Sequence record: DRR723986_13540
Reading direction: 5' to 3' (one strand)
Length of the DNA: 64,000 bases
Below are positions 48,823 through 58,599 of the stretch, piece after piece; position 1 is the stretch's first letter, and the number at the start of each line of letters is the position of its first letter. Made by a program: the position numbers and the translations under genes. The notes under the pieces are model-generated. The model was given only the letters and a program-made list of their open reading frames with translations, was not told the origin of the DNA and did not search any database.

Positions 48823-51800
48823 ATGATAAATCGTATTATAAAATTTTCCATTGGCAATAAGCTAATCATTGGCTTACTTACGCTCGCCATAGTTGCTGGT
48901 GGTATTTGGAGCATTTCAAAAGTGCCCTTGGATGCTGTCCCTGACATCACTAATAATCAGGTTCAAGTAATTACGCAGTCACCTAATTTGGGAACTGAAG
49001 ATATAGAGCAGTTTGTCACTTATCCCGTTGAACTTTCAATGGCAAACTTGCCCGGAGTAGAAGAAATCCGATCTGTTTCAAGATTTGGTCTTTCTGTTGT
49101 TACAATTGTATTTTCTGATGACATGGGAACTTATCTTCCCAGACAATTAGTCTCAGAAAAACTAGTAGAAGTTCAACAAGATATACCAGCAGGATTTGGA
49201 GTCCCTGAAATGGGACCTATTTCAACAGGTCTAGGAGAAATCTATCAATATACCTTGGAAGTTGATGAAGACTACCGTGATGTTTATTCATCTTCAGACT
49301 TAAGGACAATGCAAGATTGGATAGTCAGAAGACAAATGGCAATGGTTCCAGGAGTTGTTGAGGTAAATGCTTTTGGTGGTGATATTAAACAATATGAAGT
49401 TGCAGTTGACCCAGATCAATTGAGATCTATGAATATTTCAATATCAGAAGTATTTGTAGCACTTGAAAACAATAATCAAAATTCAGGTGGTGCATATATA
49501 GAAAAAGATCATTACGCCAATTTCATTAGGGGTGAAGGATTAGCAAGGAGCTTAACTGATATTGAAAATATTGTCATCAAGAACATTAATGGAATTCCAA
49601 TCACGATTAAGGATGTGGGAACAGTCCGATTTGGTAAGGCAGTAAAATATGGTACGCTTACAATGGATGGCAAAGGAGAGGCCGTAGGCGGAATGATATT
49701 AATGTTAAAAGGGGCCAACTCAAATGATGTCATTGAATCAGTTAAATCTAGAGTGACAGACATTCAAAAATCACTGCCAGAAGGGGTTAAAATTGTTCCC
49801 TTTCTAGATAGAAGTTCTTTGATTGCAAAAACCACTGGAACAGTTACGCAGAATCTTTTAGAAGGAGCTTTGATCGTGATTTTTGTGTTGGTTTTCTTAT
49901 TAGGTAATTGGAGAGGTGGACTAATTGTAGCTTCTACCATTCCACTTTCATTATTATTTGCCTTTATCATGATGTACTTTTTTGGGGTATGGGCAAACCT
50001 AATGAGTTTAGGAGCAATTGACTTCGGAATCATCATAGATGGTGCCGTGATTATTGTTGAAGCCACCGTATTCATTTTGCATGGCAAAATATTGACCAAA
50101 CAAAAAATGAATCAAGAAGAGAAAGATCAGGTGGCTTATGAATCTTCAAGTAAAATGATGAATTCAGCCTTCTTTGGTCAGCTGATAATATTAATTGTAT
50201 TTATTCCAATTCTAGCCTTACAAGGTGTTGAGGGAAAAATGTTTCAACCAATGGCGCTCACCTTTATGTTCGCAATGGTTGGGGTGATGATTTTATGTTT
50301 GACGTATGTTCCAATGATGTCGGCACTCTTCTTAAAAGCGAGTAAAAAAGAAAGAAAATCATGGGGAGACAGACTTGTTTCTTGGCTGGAGAGAATTTAT
50401 GGATTAGCGCTAAGTCGCACATTAAAAGTAGGCAAATGGGTTGTGCTTGGTAGTATCCTTCTACTGAGTCTTGCGACTTACACTTTTACACGAATGGGAG
50501 GTGAATTTATTCCTCAATTGGATGAAGGAGATATCGCATTTCATGCTATTCTAAAACCAGGAAGTTCTTTAACGGAGACAATAGAAACTACTACACGTAT
50601 TGAAAAAATCGTAAAAGATCAGTTTCCTGAGGTTGATCATATTATCAGCCGGATTGGTGTGGCAGACGTGCCAACCGACCCTATGCCTATGGATATCGCG
50701 GACGTATTCGTAATTCTTAAACCTGAAGATCAATGGACAACTGTAAATAGCAAAGATCAATTGATTTCAGAAATGAAAGAGGCAGTAGGACAGGTTCCTG
50801 GTGTCAACTTTGAGTTCACACAACCAATAGAAATGAGGTTTAATGAATTGATTACTGGAGTAAGAGAAGATGTTGCTATCAAATTATTTGGAGATGATTT
50901 GGATATTCTCTCTGAAAAAGCAGAAGAAATAGGGTCTTTAATTGCTTCAATTGATGGAATTGGTGACATGAAAGTTGAAGCTACAAGCGGTTTGCCTCAG
51001 ATCACTGTAGTCTATAACCGATACGAAATAGCGAAACATGGTTTACAAATTTCAGATTTAAACAACTTGATTCAATCTGCTTTTGCTGGAGGAACAGCTG
51101 GAGTTGTATTTGAAGGAGAAAAACGATTTGATTTGGTTGTGAGACTTGATGAGGCACATAGAAAAAGCATTGATAATCTAAAGAATCTGTATATCACAAC
51201 TGCCACTGGAGCTCAAATTCCAATGTCTGAGGTAGCAGATATCAGCTATCAAACTGGTCCTATGCAAATCAGTAGAGACAATACGAATCGAAGAACCTAT
51301 GTTGGTATCAATGTTCGGGGTAGAGATGTTCAGTCGTTAGTAGAAGAAATACAAGAGAAACTAGATGCCGAGCTAGAATTACCTCCAGGGTATTATATCC
51401 GATATGGTGGTGCATTTGAAAACCTTGAACGGGCGAGTAATAGATTAAAAATAGTAGTACCGGTAGCGTTAGCGCTCATCTTGCTATTGATTTTCATGGC
51501 GCTTAAATCTTTAAAACAAACCCTGATGATTTTCATGGCAATTCCTTTGGCGGCAATAGGTGGTATTTTCTTTTTATGGTTAAGAGATATGCCGTTTAGT
51601 ATATCTGCAGGAGTTGGATTTATAGTGCTTTTTGGGGTGGCAGTTTTAAATGGACTCGTGCTAATTGGAGGATGGAATGAGCTAAAAGGAGAAGGAGTAA
51701 CTGATTTAAATGAGAGAATCAAACAAGGAGCTAAACGAAGAATAAGACCTATTCTCTTAACTGCATTGACAGATATACTAGGATTCTTACCAATGGCAAT

Positions 51801-53184
51801 TTCTTCTTCCGCGGGTGCAGAGGTTCAACAACCTTTAGCCACGGTGGTAATTGGAGGGATGTTAACGGCAACATTCTTAACATTATTTGTATTACCAATC
51901 CTATATAAATGGACAGAGAAAAATGAGAATAAGATGAAGATAAAAGGAAGTACCATTATGGCAAGCGGACTATTATTGATTGGATTGCTGTTGGTTCCAA
52001 ATTTGAGTCAAGCTCAAACTAGCTTAGAATCTGTTGATCAAGCAATAAACCTTGGTATGGCTAATAACGCAAATGTGACTATTGCCAAGTCGAGAATTGA
52101 ATTAAGTCAGCAAGATAAAAAGGGAACATTTAATCCAGGTAAAACCAGCTTGGATATGCAATATGGTCAATACAACAGTTTTGAAAATGATTTCGGGTTT
52201 AACATCAATCAGAGCTTTGAATTTCCAACGGTTTATGTTTCACAGTGGAATTTAGCCAAAGAAAAAATAGAGGGTTCTGAATTGCAATTAAAAGTTGTTC
52301 AAAACCAGTTGCGTTGGTATATCCGACAATCATGGACTAACCTCAGTTATCTGCACGCTAAACAAGAAGTGCTTATGTATTACGATTCTTTAATGGATAT
52401 TTTCGTTCATGCTGCCACTGTTAGATATGACGTTGAAGAAACATCATTGTTAGAGAAAGTAATGGCAGAAACGAAAAAAGCTGAAATTTCGAACAGGCTG
52501 CAATTAATTAAGTCAGAGATTTTTGCTCAAGAAAGGGAAATAGAGATTTTATTGAATGATTCAACACAACTTGAGTTCATAGCAGATGAATTTATTGAGA
52601 TGAATATTTCAATGGATCAAGACACCTCTGTCTTGAACAATAATCCACTCAAGGCTTTCACCAATCAGCAAATCAACATTGCTCAAGCTGAAATTAAAGT
52701 CAATCAATCTAAGATGCTCCCTGATATTTCTGTTGGTTATTTTAATCAATCATTAATTGGAAGTCCTACTTCTAATGGAAATATTGGCGGAATTGGCGAT
52801 CGATTTTCAGGGGTACAAGTAGGTGTAACAATTCCAATATTCTTTGGGTCATACAAATCAGCAATAAAGACTGCAAAAATTCAACAAGAAATTGCTCAAG
52901 TGGATGCTGACTATTATTACACCAACTTGAGTAACCAATTTGAGTTGCAATTGCAGCAAGTCATTTCTTCGTTAAAAAGTTTGAGTTTTTACAAGACAGT
53001 AGGTGTTGCTCAAGCAGATTTGATGATCAGCAATGCACAAAAAAGTTATGAATCTGGGTCTATTGGCTACCTAGAGTACTTCCAGAGTCTTGAATACGGC
53101 ATTCAACTTAAGTTAGACCATTTAAACGCATTAAATAATTACAATCAAGCGGTAGTGAAATTACAGTACCTACTTGGAGAATAA
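48823..53184 (+). CDS. czcA: CzcA/CusA heavy-metal RND transporter fused to a C-terminal TolC-like outer membrane factor
   Basis: DAVPDITNNQVQ, SLGAIDFGIIIDG, RIRPILLTAL; ~400-aa OEP-like C-terminal region. Confidence 0.94.
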   Translation: MINRIIKFSIGNKLIIGLLTLAIVAGGIWSISKVPLDAVPDITNNQVQVITQSPNLGTEDIEQFVTYPVELSMANLPGVEEIRSVSRFGLSVVTIVFSDDMGTYLPRQLVSEKLVEVQQDIPAGFGVPEMGPISTGLGEIYQYTLEVDEDYRDVYSSSDLRTMQDWIVRRQMAMVPGVVEVNAFGGDIKQYEVAVDPDQLRSMNISISEVFVALENNNQNSGGAYIEKDHYANFIRGEGLARSLTDIENIVIKNINGIPITIKDVGTVRFGKAVKYGTLTMDGKGEAVGGMILMLKGANSNDVIESVKSRVTDIQKSLPEGVKIVPFLDRSSLIAKTTGTVTQNLLEGALIVIFVLVFLLGNWRGGLIVASTIPLSLLFAFIMMYFFGVWANLMSLGAIDFGIIIDGAVIIVEATVFILHGKILTKQKMNQEEKDQVAYESSSKMMNSAFFGQLIILIVFIPILALQGVEGKMFQPMALTFMFAMVGVMILCLTYVPMMSALFLKASKKERKSWGDRLVSWLERIYGLALSRTLKVGKWVVLGSILLLSLATYTFTRMGGEFIPQLDEGDIAFHAILKPGSSLTETIETTTRIEKIVKDQFPEVDHIISRIGVADVPTDPMPMDIADVFVILKPEDQWTTVNSKDQLISEMKEAVGQVPGVNFEFTQPIEMRFNELITGVREDVAIKLFGDDLDILSEKAEEIGSLIASIDGIGDMKVEATSGLPQITVVYNRYEIAKHGLQISDLNNLIQSAFAGGTAGVVFEGEKRFDLVVRLDEAHRKSIDNLKNLYITTATGAQIPMSEVADISYQTGPMQISRDNTNRRTYVGINVRGRDVQSLVEEIQEKLDAELELPPGYYIRYGGAFENLERASNRLKIVVPVALALILLLIFMALKSLKQTLMIFMAIPLAAIGGIFFLWLRDMPFSISAGVGFIVLFGVAVLNGLVLIGGWNELKGEGVTDLNERIKQGAKRRIRPILLTALTDILGFLPMAISSSAGAEVQQPLATVVIGGMLTATFLTLFVLPILYKWTEKNENKMKIKGSTIMASGLLLIGLLLVPNLSQAQTSLESVDQAINLGMANNANVTIAKSRIELSQQDKKGTFNPGKTSLDMQYGQYNSFENDFGFNINQSFEFPTVYVSQWNLAKEKIEGSELQLKVVQNQLRWYIRQSWTNLSYLHAKQEVLMYYDSLMDIFVHAATVRYDVEETSLLEKVMAETKKAEISNRLQLIKSEIFAQEREIEILLNDSTQLEFIADEFIEMNISMDQDTSVLNNNPLKAFTNQQINIAQAEIKVNQSKMLPDISVGYFNQSLIGSPTSNGNIGGIGDRFSGVQVGVTIPIFFGSYKSAIKTAKIQQEIAQVDADYYYTNLSNQFELQLQQVISSLKSLSFYKTVGVAQADLMISNAQKSYESGSIGYLEYFQSLEYGIQLKLDHLNALNNYNQAVVKLQYLLGE

Positions 53185-53201
53185 TACTATAAAAAAAAGA
53201 T

Positions 53202-54416
53202 ATGAAAACATTAACTAAACAAATGGTCCTATTGATTACAATAGCACTATTTACCTTTGCTTGTGGTGGTTCAGAGAATCAACATAGCGAAGGTGATGGA
53301 CATGACCACGGTCATGATCATGATGATGAGCATGGTGGAGAACACAGTGAAGAAATTCACTTCTCAATGCAACAATTTAGCTCACTAAATATGATGGTGG
53401 ACACATTAGCTTTGAGAAACATGAATTCATTCGTAACGGCAAACGGTGAATTAGAAGTACCTCCCCAAAGTGAAGCAGAAGTTACGGCCGTTATAGGTGC
53501 AAATGTTAAATCTATTAAAGTAATTGAAGGTGAAAAAGTAAGAAAAGGCCAAGTCTTAGCTTACTTATCTCATCCTGATTTAATTCAGTTACAAACAGAT
53601 TACATAACTAATTGGAGCGAACTTGAATATTTACAAACAGAGTATGAAAGACAAGAAAAACTTTATGCTGAAAAAGTTGGTTCTGGTAAAGAATTTCAGA
53701 AAATTCAATCTGAATTAAAAGTCAAAAAAGGCACAGTTGCGGGATTAAAAGCGCAATTGAACATCATAGGAATTAGCACTCAGAGCTTAGAAAAGAACGA
53801 GATTACTCAATCTGTTGCTGTTCGCAGCCCAATAGATGGCTTTGTAAGATTGGTTGAAATAAAACTAGGACAATATGTTAACCCTGAAGCGTCTATGTTT
53901 GAAATTGTAAACTCTGATCATGTCCATGCAGATTTAATGGTGTTTGAAAAGGATGCTTACAAAATAAAGGTTGGGCAGAAAGTTACTTTCAATGTTCAGT
54001 CAGCCCCAGGTCAAGAATTGTCAGCAGTAATTTATTCAGTTGGGCAAAATTTTGAACAAGATCCTAAAGCAATTCATGTTCATGCTGAAATTGAAAACAA
54101 AGATCATGAACTCATTCCCGGCATGTATGTACAAGGAAAAATCTATACTGAGAATGTATTGAGTTATGCAATTCCTGAAGAAGGTTTGGTTCGAGAAGGT
54201 GACAAGTATTTCATTTTCTCAGCAAAGAAAGAACAGGATCATGATGAAGAGCAATGGGCTTTTGAACCGATAGAAGTTGTGCCTGGAATATCTGAGGATG
54301 GTTGGGTTGAAATAAAACTCCTGACCCCATTAGAGCCAGCAACAAAAATAGCTTGGAACAATGCGTATAATTTAATTGCCGAAATGAAAAAAGGCGAAAC
54401 AGAACATAGTCACTAA
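53202..54416 (+). CDS. czcB: RND periplasmic adaptor (CzcB-like) lipoprotein with His-rich N-terminus
   Basis: FACG lipobox, HDHGHDH tract, VRSPIDG, LIPGMYV. Confidence 0.92.
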   Translation: MKTLTKQMVLLITIALFTFACGGSENQHSEGDGHDHGHDHDDEHGGEHSEEIHFSMQQFSSLNMMVDTLALRNMNSFVTANGELEVPPQSEAEVTAVIGANVKSIKVIEGEKVRKGQVLAYLSHPDLIQLQTDYITNWSELEYLQTEYERQEKLYAEKVGSGKEFQKIQSELKVKKGTVAGLKAQLNIIGISTQSLEKNEITQSVAVRSPIDGFVRLVEIKLGQYVNPEASMFEIVNSDHVHADLMVFEKDAYKIKVGQKVTFNVQSAPGQELSAVIYSVGQNFEQDPKAIHVHAEIENKDHELIPGMYVQGKIYTENVLSYAIPEEGLVREGDKYFIFSAKKEQDHDEEQWAFEPIEVVPGISEDGWVEIKLLTPLEPATKIAWNNAYNLIAEMKKGETEHSH

Positions 54417-54430
54417 TTAAATATCTAAAT

Positions 54431-54607
54431 ATGAAAACGAAGTACCTAAGAATTGCTTTAATAGCAACATTGTTAATTGGATCAATCTCATTCACATCAT
54501 GCGGTGGTAATGAAGAAGAAGCCAATACTGAAGAAAATCATGATGGACATGATCACGGAGATCATGAACATGGTGATGGAGAGGACCATGAAGGACACGA
54601 ACATTAA
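54431..54607 (+). CDS. 58-aa His/acidic lipoprotein (not in the ORF track)
   Basis: MKTKYLRIALIATLLIGSISFTS-CGGNEEEANTEENHDGHDHGDHEHGDGEDHEGHEH; A-rich initiation region. Confidence 0.85.
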   Translation: MKTKYLRIALIATLLIGSISFTSCGGNEEEANTEENHDGHDHGDHEHGDGEDHEGHEH

Positions 54608-54613
54608 TTAATT

Positions 54614-54642
54614 GTGCCGCTTGGTGTAAAATCAGGCGGCAC
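54614..54642 (+). terminator. GC-rich intercistronic hairpin (partial terminator or mRNA stabiliser)
   Basis: GTGCCGC...GCGGCAC stem followed by TTATTT. Confidence 0.55.
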
Positions 54643-54655
54643 TTATTTAGCTCTT

Positions 54656-54883
54656 ATGAAAGATAAAATTTATACAATTCTGAAAGCAGAATTAGATTTT
54701 AATAGTGAAATCAAAACTGAATATTGTCTATATGACGATTTAGGTATGGATTCAATTAGTGTAATAGATGTAATGGTGAAAGTTGAAAACGAGTTTGACA
54801 TCTCTTTTACAGATGATGAAGTAAAAGAAATTAAAATGGTAAATCATTTGGTTGAAGCCGTTTCTAAAAAATTAAAGAATTAG
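54656..54883 (+). CDS. Acyl carrier protein
   Basis: DDLGMDSI phosphopantetheine serine motif, ENEFDI; start taken at ATG 54656. Confidence 0.88.
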   Translation: MKDKIYTILKAELDFNSEIKTEYCLYDDLGMDSISVIDVMVKVENEFDISFTDDEVKEIKMVNHLVEAVSKKLKN

Positions 54884-54892
54884 TTTGTTGAT

Positions 54893-55495
54893 ATGACTGT
54901 TTTTCAAATATTCTTACCCGCTTTTATGCTGGTATACTTTTTTCAAGTTTTCGTAATCAGAAGTTACGTGCAATGGAAAAAAACAGGACAAAACCCATTT
55001 GTGTTTAGTCGATCTGAAAACGCCCATGATTACATAGGTTTTGTATTTAAAATCATGACGGTTTTGAGTTTAACGGTTATCGTGCTCTTTAGTTTTTTTC
55101 AAGGATTCTATACCAAGTACCTTGGAGAATTAACTTACTTAAACTTAATAGAGTTACAATGGATAGGTTCAGGGCTTTTGGTCTTTTCATTGATCTGGAC
55201 AATTATTGCTCAATATCAAATGTCTAATTCATGGAGGATTGGAATAGATTATGAAGAAAAAACTACTCTTGTAGATGAAGGTATCTTCAAATTATCAAGA
55301 AATCCAGTTTTTCTTGGTGTATTACTGATCTACTTAGGGATATTTTTAATAGCCCCAAATGTCTTGTCTTTCACCTTGTTTGCTTTATGTTATTTCATTC
55401 TTCAAATCCAATCAAGATTAGAAGAAGAATACCTTGAGGACATTCATGGCAAAACATACCTTGATTATAAGAAGAAAGTAAGGAGATGGATTTAA
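54893..55495 (+). CDS. Isoprenylcysteine carboxyl methyltransferase/PEMT family membrane protein
   Basis: MSNSWRIGID, SRNP.FLG, EEEYL, Y..YKKKVRRWI motifs. Confidence 0.88.
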   Translation: MTVFQIFLPAFMLVYFFQVFVIRSYVQWKKTGQNPFVFSRSENAHDYIGFVFKIMTVLSLTVIVLFSFFQGFYTKYLGELTYLNLIELQWIGSGLLVFSLIWTIIAQYQMSNSWRIGIDYEEKTTLVDEGIFKLSRNPVFLGVLLIYLGIFLIAPNVLSFTLFALCYFILQIQSRLEEEYLEDIHGKTYLDYKKKVRRWI

Positions 55496-55505
55496 AACTG
55501 ATAGT

Positions 55506-57491
55506 ATGAAACCAGAAAAAAAACACTTTCATGATTACAACGAACACGGCGAAATAACCTGTTGCAATTTAGAAGAGAAAATAAATCAAGAAGCCGCTCA
55601 AATCGGTGAAGAGGATTCAGATGGTGCATTGAAGATATTAAGGCCATACCTACTTTCAATAGTAACATTTGTGCTCTTAATGTCTGCACTAATATTAGAG
55701 CATTTGATAAAACCAATTTGGTTCAACGAAAATATCAAACTTACATTCTACCTATTGGCCTATTTACCAGTAGCACTACCTGTGTTTAAAGACGCCGGTA
55801 AAGCAATGGTGAAAAAGGATATTTTCTCAGAATTCACTTTGATGATTATCGCCACGCTTGGAGCGTTTTACATTGGAGAGTATCCTGAGGCAGTTGCAGT
55901 AATGTTGTTTTATTCAGTTGGTGAGTTGTTTCAGTCAGCTGCGGTAAGAAAAGCTAAAAGTAACATTAAGTCACTACTTGATTTGCGTCCTTCTTCAGCG
56001 ACTGTCATAAGAAATGATAAAGCTATTGAGGTAGATCCTTTCACCGTACATATTGACGAAATAATTCAAATTAAATCAGGCGAAAAAGTGCCTTTGGATG
56101 GCGTATTACTAAATGAAACGGCATCTCTCAACACAGCTGCTTTAACTGGTGAAAGTGCTCCGGCAACCATCTTAAAAAATGAGAAAGTACTGGCCGGAAT
56201 GATTAATACGGGTCCAGTTATTGAAGTGCATGTAACAAAAGAATTTGCCGATAGTTCTATTTCTAAAATTCTTGAAATGGTTGAAAATGCCAATTCGCAA
56301 AAGGCACCAACAGAGCTTTTTATCCGAAAATTTGCAAGAATTTATACTCCAATTGTGGTAGGATTAGCCTTAATAATTACACTTGCCCCCTATCTAATTG
56401 TGCAAGATTACGTCTTTCAAGATTGGTTGTACCGAGCATTAATTTTCTTGGTGATTTCTTGCCCCTGCGCCCTAGTAATATCTATTCCGTTGGGATATTT
56501 TGGAGGTATTGGTGCTGCTTCAAGAAATGGTATATTATTCAAAGGATCGAATTATTTGGATGTGTTTACAAAAGTAAATACTGTGGTAATGGATAAAACA
56601 GGAACGCTAACCAAAGGATCTTTCATTGTCAATGAAATTAATTCCGTTTTATTGCCAAAAGATGAATTCGTAAATATTGTGGCGGCTGTTGAAGCCAATT
56701 CAACTCATCCAATTGCCAAAGCAATTGTGCAATCAGCTTCAAAAGAATATTTGAATGTGAAAATTGAAAACGCCAATGAAATAGCTGGTCATGGCATTCA
56801 AGCCTCACACAACGAGCATGAAGTTTTAGTAGGGAATGCGAAACTGCTCCAAAAATATGAGATTGATTTTCCTTCAGAAATTAATCAAATTATAGAAAGT
56901 ATTGTTGTTGTAGCGTATGATAAAAATTATGCCGGATATATTACAGTTTCAGATGAGATTAAAGAAGATGCAGCTCAAACAATTACAGAATTAAAGAAGA
57001 AAGAAATTGAACCAGTAATGTTATCAGGAGACAAGCAGTCAATAGTTGCAAAAGTGGCAGGGATATTAAAAATTTCAAAAGCTTTTGGTAACCTGCTTCC
57101 CGCTGATAAAGTAGAAAAAGTGAAAGACATTAAAAGTGATTCAACACGTTTTATCGCTTTTGTAGGGGATGGAATAAATGATGCGCCTGTTTTGGCAATA
57201 AGTGATGTTGGGGTAGCCATGGGAGGCTTAGGAAGTGATGCTGCTATTGAAACGGCAGATGTTGTAATTCAAACCGATCAACCTTCCAAAATATGCACGG
57301 CCATTGACATTAGTAAAGCCACTAAGAAAATTGTCATTCAAAACATCATTCTTGCTTTTGGTGTAAAATTAATTGTGTTGATTTTAGGAGCTGGCGGTTT
57401 AGCCACAATGTGGGAGGCTGTGTTTGCAGATGTGGGCGTAGCACTACTGGCTATTTTAAACGCGATTAGAATACAAAGAATGAAGTTTTAA
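55506..57491 (+). CDS. cadA: P1B-type heavy-metal (Zn/Cd/Pb) ATPase
   Basis: TGES, CPC, DKTGTLT, HP, GDGINDAP motifs; N-terminal His/CC segment. Confidence 0.93.
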   Translation: MKPEKKHFHDYNEHGEITCCNLEEKINQEAAQIGEEDSDGALKILRPYLLSIVTFVLLMSALILEHLIKPIWFNENIKLTFYLLAYLPVALPVFKDAGKAMVKKDIFSEFTLMIIATLGAFYIGEYPEAVAVMLFYSVGELFQSAAVRKAKSNIKSLLDLRPSSATVIRNDKAIEVDPFTVHIDEIIQIKSGEKVPLDGVLLNETASLNTAALTGESAPATILKNEKVLAGMINTGPVIEVHVTKEFADSSISKILEMVENANSQKAPTELFIRKFARIYTPIVVGLALIITLAPYLIVQDYVFQDWLYRALIFLVISCPCALVISIPLGYFGGIGAASRNGILFKGSNYLDVFTKVNTVVMDKTGTLTKGSFIVNEINSVLLPKDEFVNIVAAVEANSTHPIAKAIVQSASKEYLNVKIENANEIAGHGIQASHNEHEVLVGNAKLLQKYEIDFPSEINQIIESIVVVAYDKNYAGYITVSDEIKEDAAQTITELKKKEIEPVMLSGDKQSIVAKVAGILKISKAFGNLLPADKVEKVKDIKSDSTRFIAFVGDGINDAPVLAISDVGVAMGGLGSDAAIETADVVIQTDQPSKICTAIDISKATKKIVIQNIILAFGVKLIVLILGAGGLATMWEAVFADVGVALLAILNAIRIQRMKF

Positions 57492-57497
57492 TTTTGG

Positions 57498-58586
57498 ATG
57501 CGTAATTCTATGTCAAAGATATTAATTCTAGGAGGCTATGGAAGAGCAGGTAAAAACATTGCTCGTTTATTAGCCGATTATTCAGACCATCAAATAACAA
57601 TTGCAGGTAGAGATTTAGCTAAAGCCAAAAACTGTGCAAGAGAATTGAATAGTGTCTTTAAAACTACTTGCCTTGATTACAAAAAAGTAGATGTTCAAGA
57701 AAGAATTGAATTAAAAAGTGCACTAGATGAAGTAGACTTAGTAATAGTTTGTTTGCCTCTAAATAAGGAGTTAACTGAAAACCTTATTTATTCTGTACTC
57801 AGCAGTAGGTGTAAAACATATCTTGACATTAGCCCTAGTAGTGAAAAACATACGGCCTTCCAATTAAATCAGCAACTGATAGCTGAAAGTAACAAAACCT
57901 TTGTGTTAGATGCAGGATGTGAACCGGGAATGCCGTCTGTATTAATTAAGTTTTTAAAGACGATTAATTCAGATATAAAGGATGTAAGAATCAATGTAGT
58001 TTACAGAGATAAAGAAATGCCAGATGCCAGTATTCAAGACTTACTTTCGCATCACGAAAAAGGGCAGATTTTAAAAGATGGGATTTGGCATCAAACTAGT
58101 AACTCAATTAAGAAAATTAACTTCTCAAAGGGCTTTGGTAAACTAAGAACAATACCAGTTTGGATACCAGAATTAGAAAACATTCACCTTCAAGCAGAAA
58201 TTACTGATTTAGAATATCGTCATGCAGGAATTAACGGTGTATCTAATTTGGTTTCCTTGATGTGGAAGAGCTTTTTAAGGTTCATTTTACCTATCAGTGT
58301 TGGAGTAAAATTATTTAAATGGGCGATTAAAAGGTTTACTAAAAAACCCTTAGGCGGTTTAGTTGATGTTGAAGGATTTTGCGGAGATGAAAAAATAGTA
58401 ATTCAAGCCTATCACGAAGATATTTATATGGCCACCGCTATTCCTGCGGTTTCATGTGCTCTTTTATTATTCACAAATCCCTTAAAATCTTCAGGCGTTT
58501 ATTATATGAATGAAACTGTTAACATTAAGGATTTTATTGCTCTATGTAAAAAGATGGGATTTGAAATTGAGATATTCAGAGAGTAA
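57498..58586 (+). CDS. Saccharopine dehydrogenase-like NAD(P)-binding oxidoreductase
   Basis: ILGGYGRAG Rossmann motif, IAGRD, AGCEPG. Confidence 0.8.
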   Translation: MRNSMSKILILGGYGRAGKNIARLLADYSDHQITIAGRDLAKAKNCARELNSVFKTTCLDYKKVDVQERIELKSALDEVDLVIVCLPLNKELTENLIYSVLSSRCKTYLDISPSSEKHTAFQLNQQLIAESNKTFVLDAGCEPGMPSVLIKFLKTINSDIKDVRINVVYRDKEMPDASIQDLLSHHEKGQILKDGIWHQTSNSIKKINFSKGFGKLRTIPVWIPELENIHLQAEITDLEYRHAGINGVSNLVSLMWKSFLRFILPISVGVKLFKWAIKRFTKKPLGGLVDVEGFCGDEKIVIQAYHEDIYMATAIPAVSCALLLFTNPLKSSGVYYMNETVNIKDFIALCKKMGFEIEIFRE

Positions 58587-58599
58587 TTAAACTTACATT

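Noticed and set aside
51930-53184. CzcA-TolC fusion as a novelty
   Set aside because: This architecture is common in Bacteroidota heavy-metal RND systems
54614-54655. GTG-started N-terminal extension of the ACP given in the ORF track
   Set aside because: Coincides with the intercistronic hairpin; ATG 54656 gives a normal ACP length
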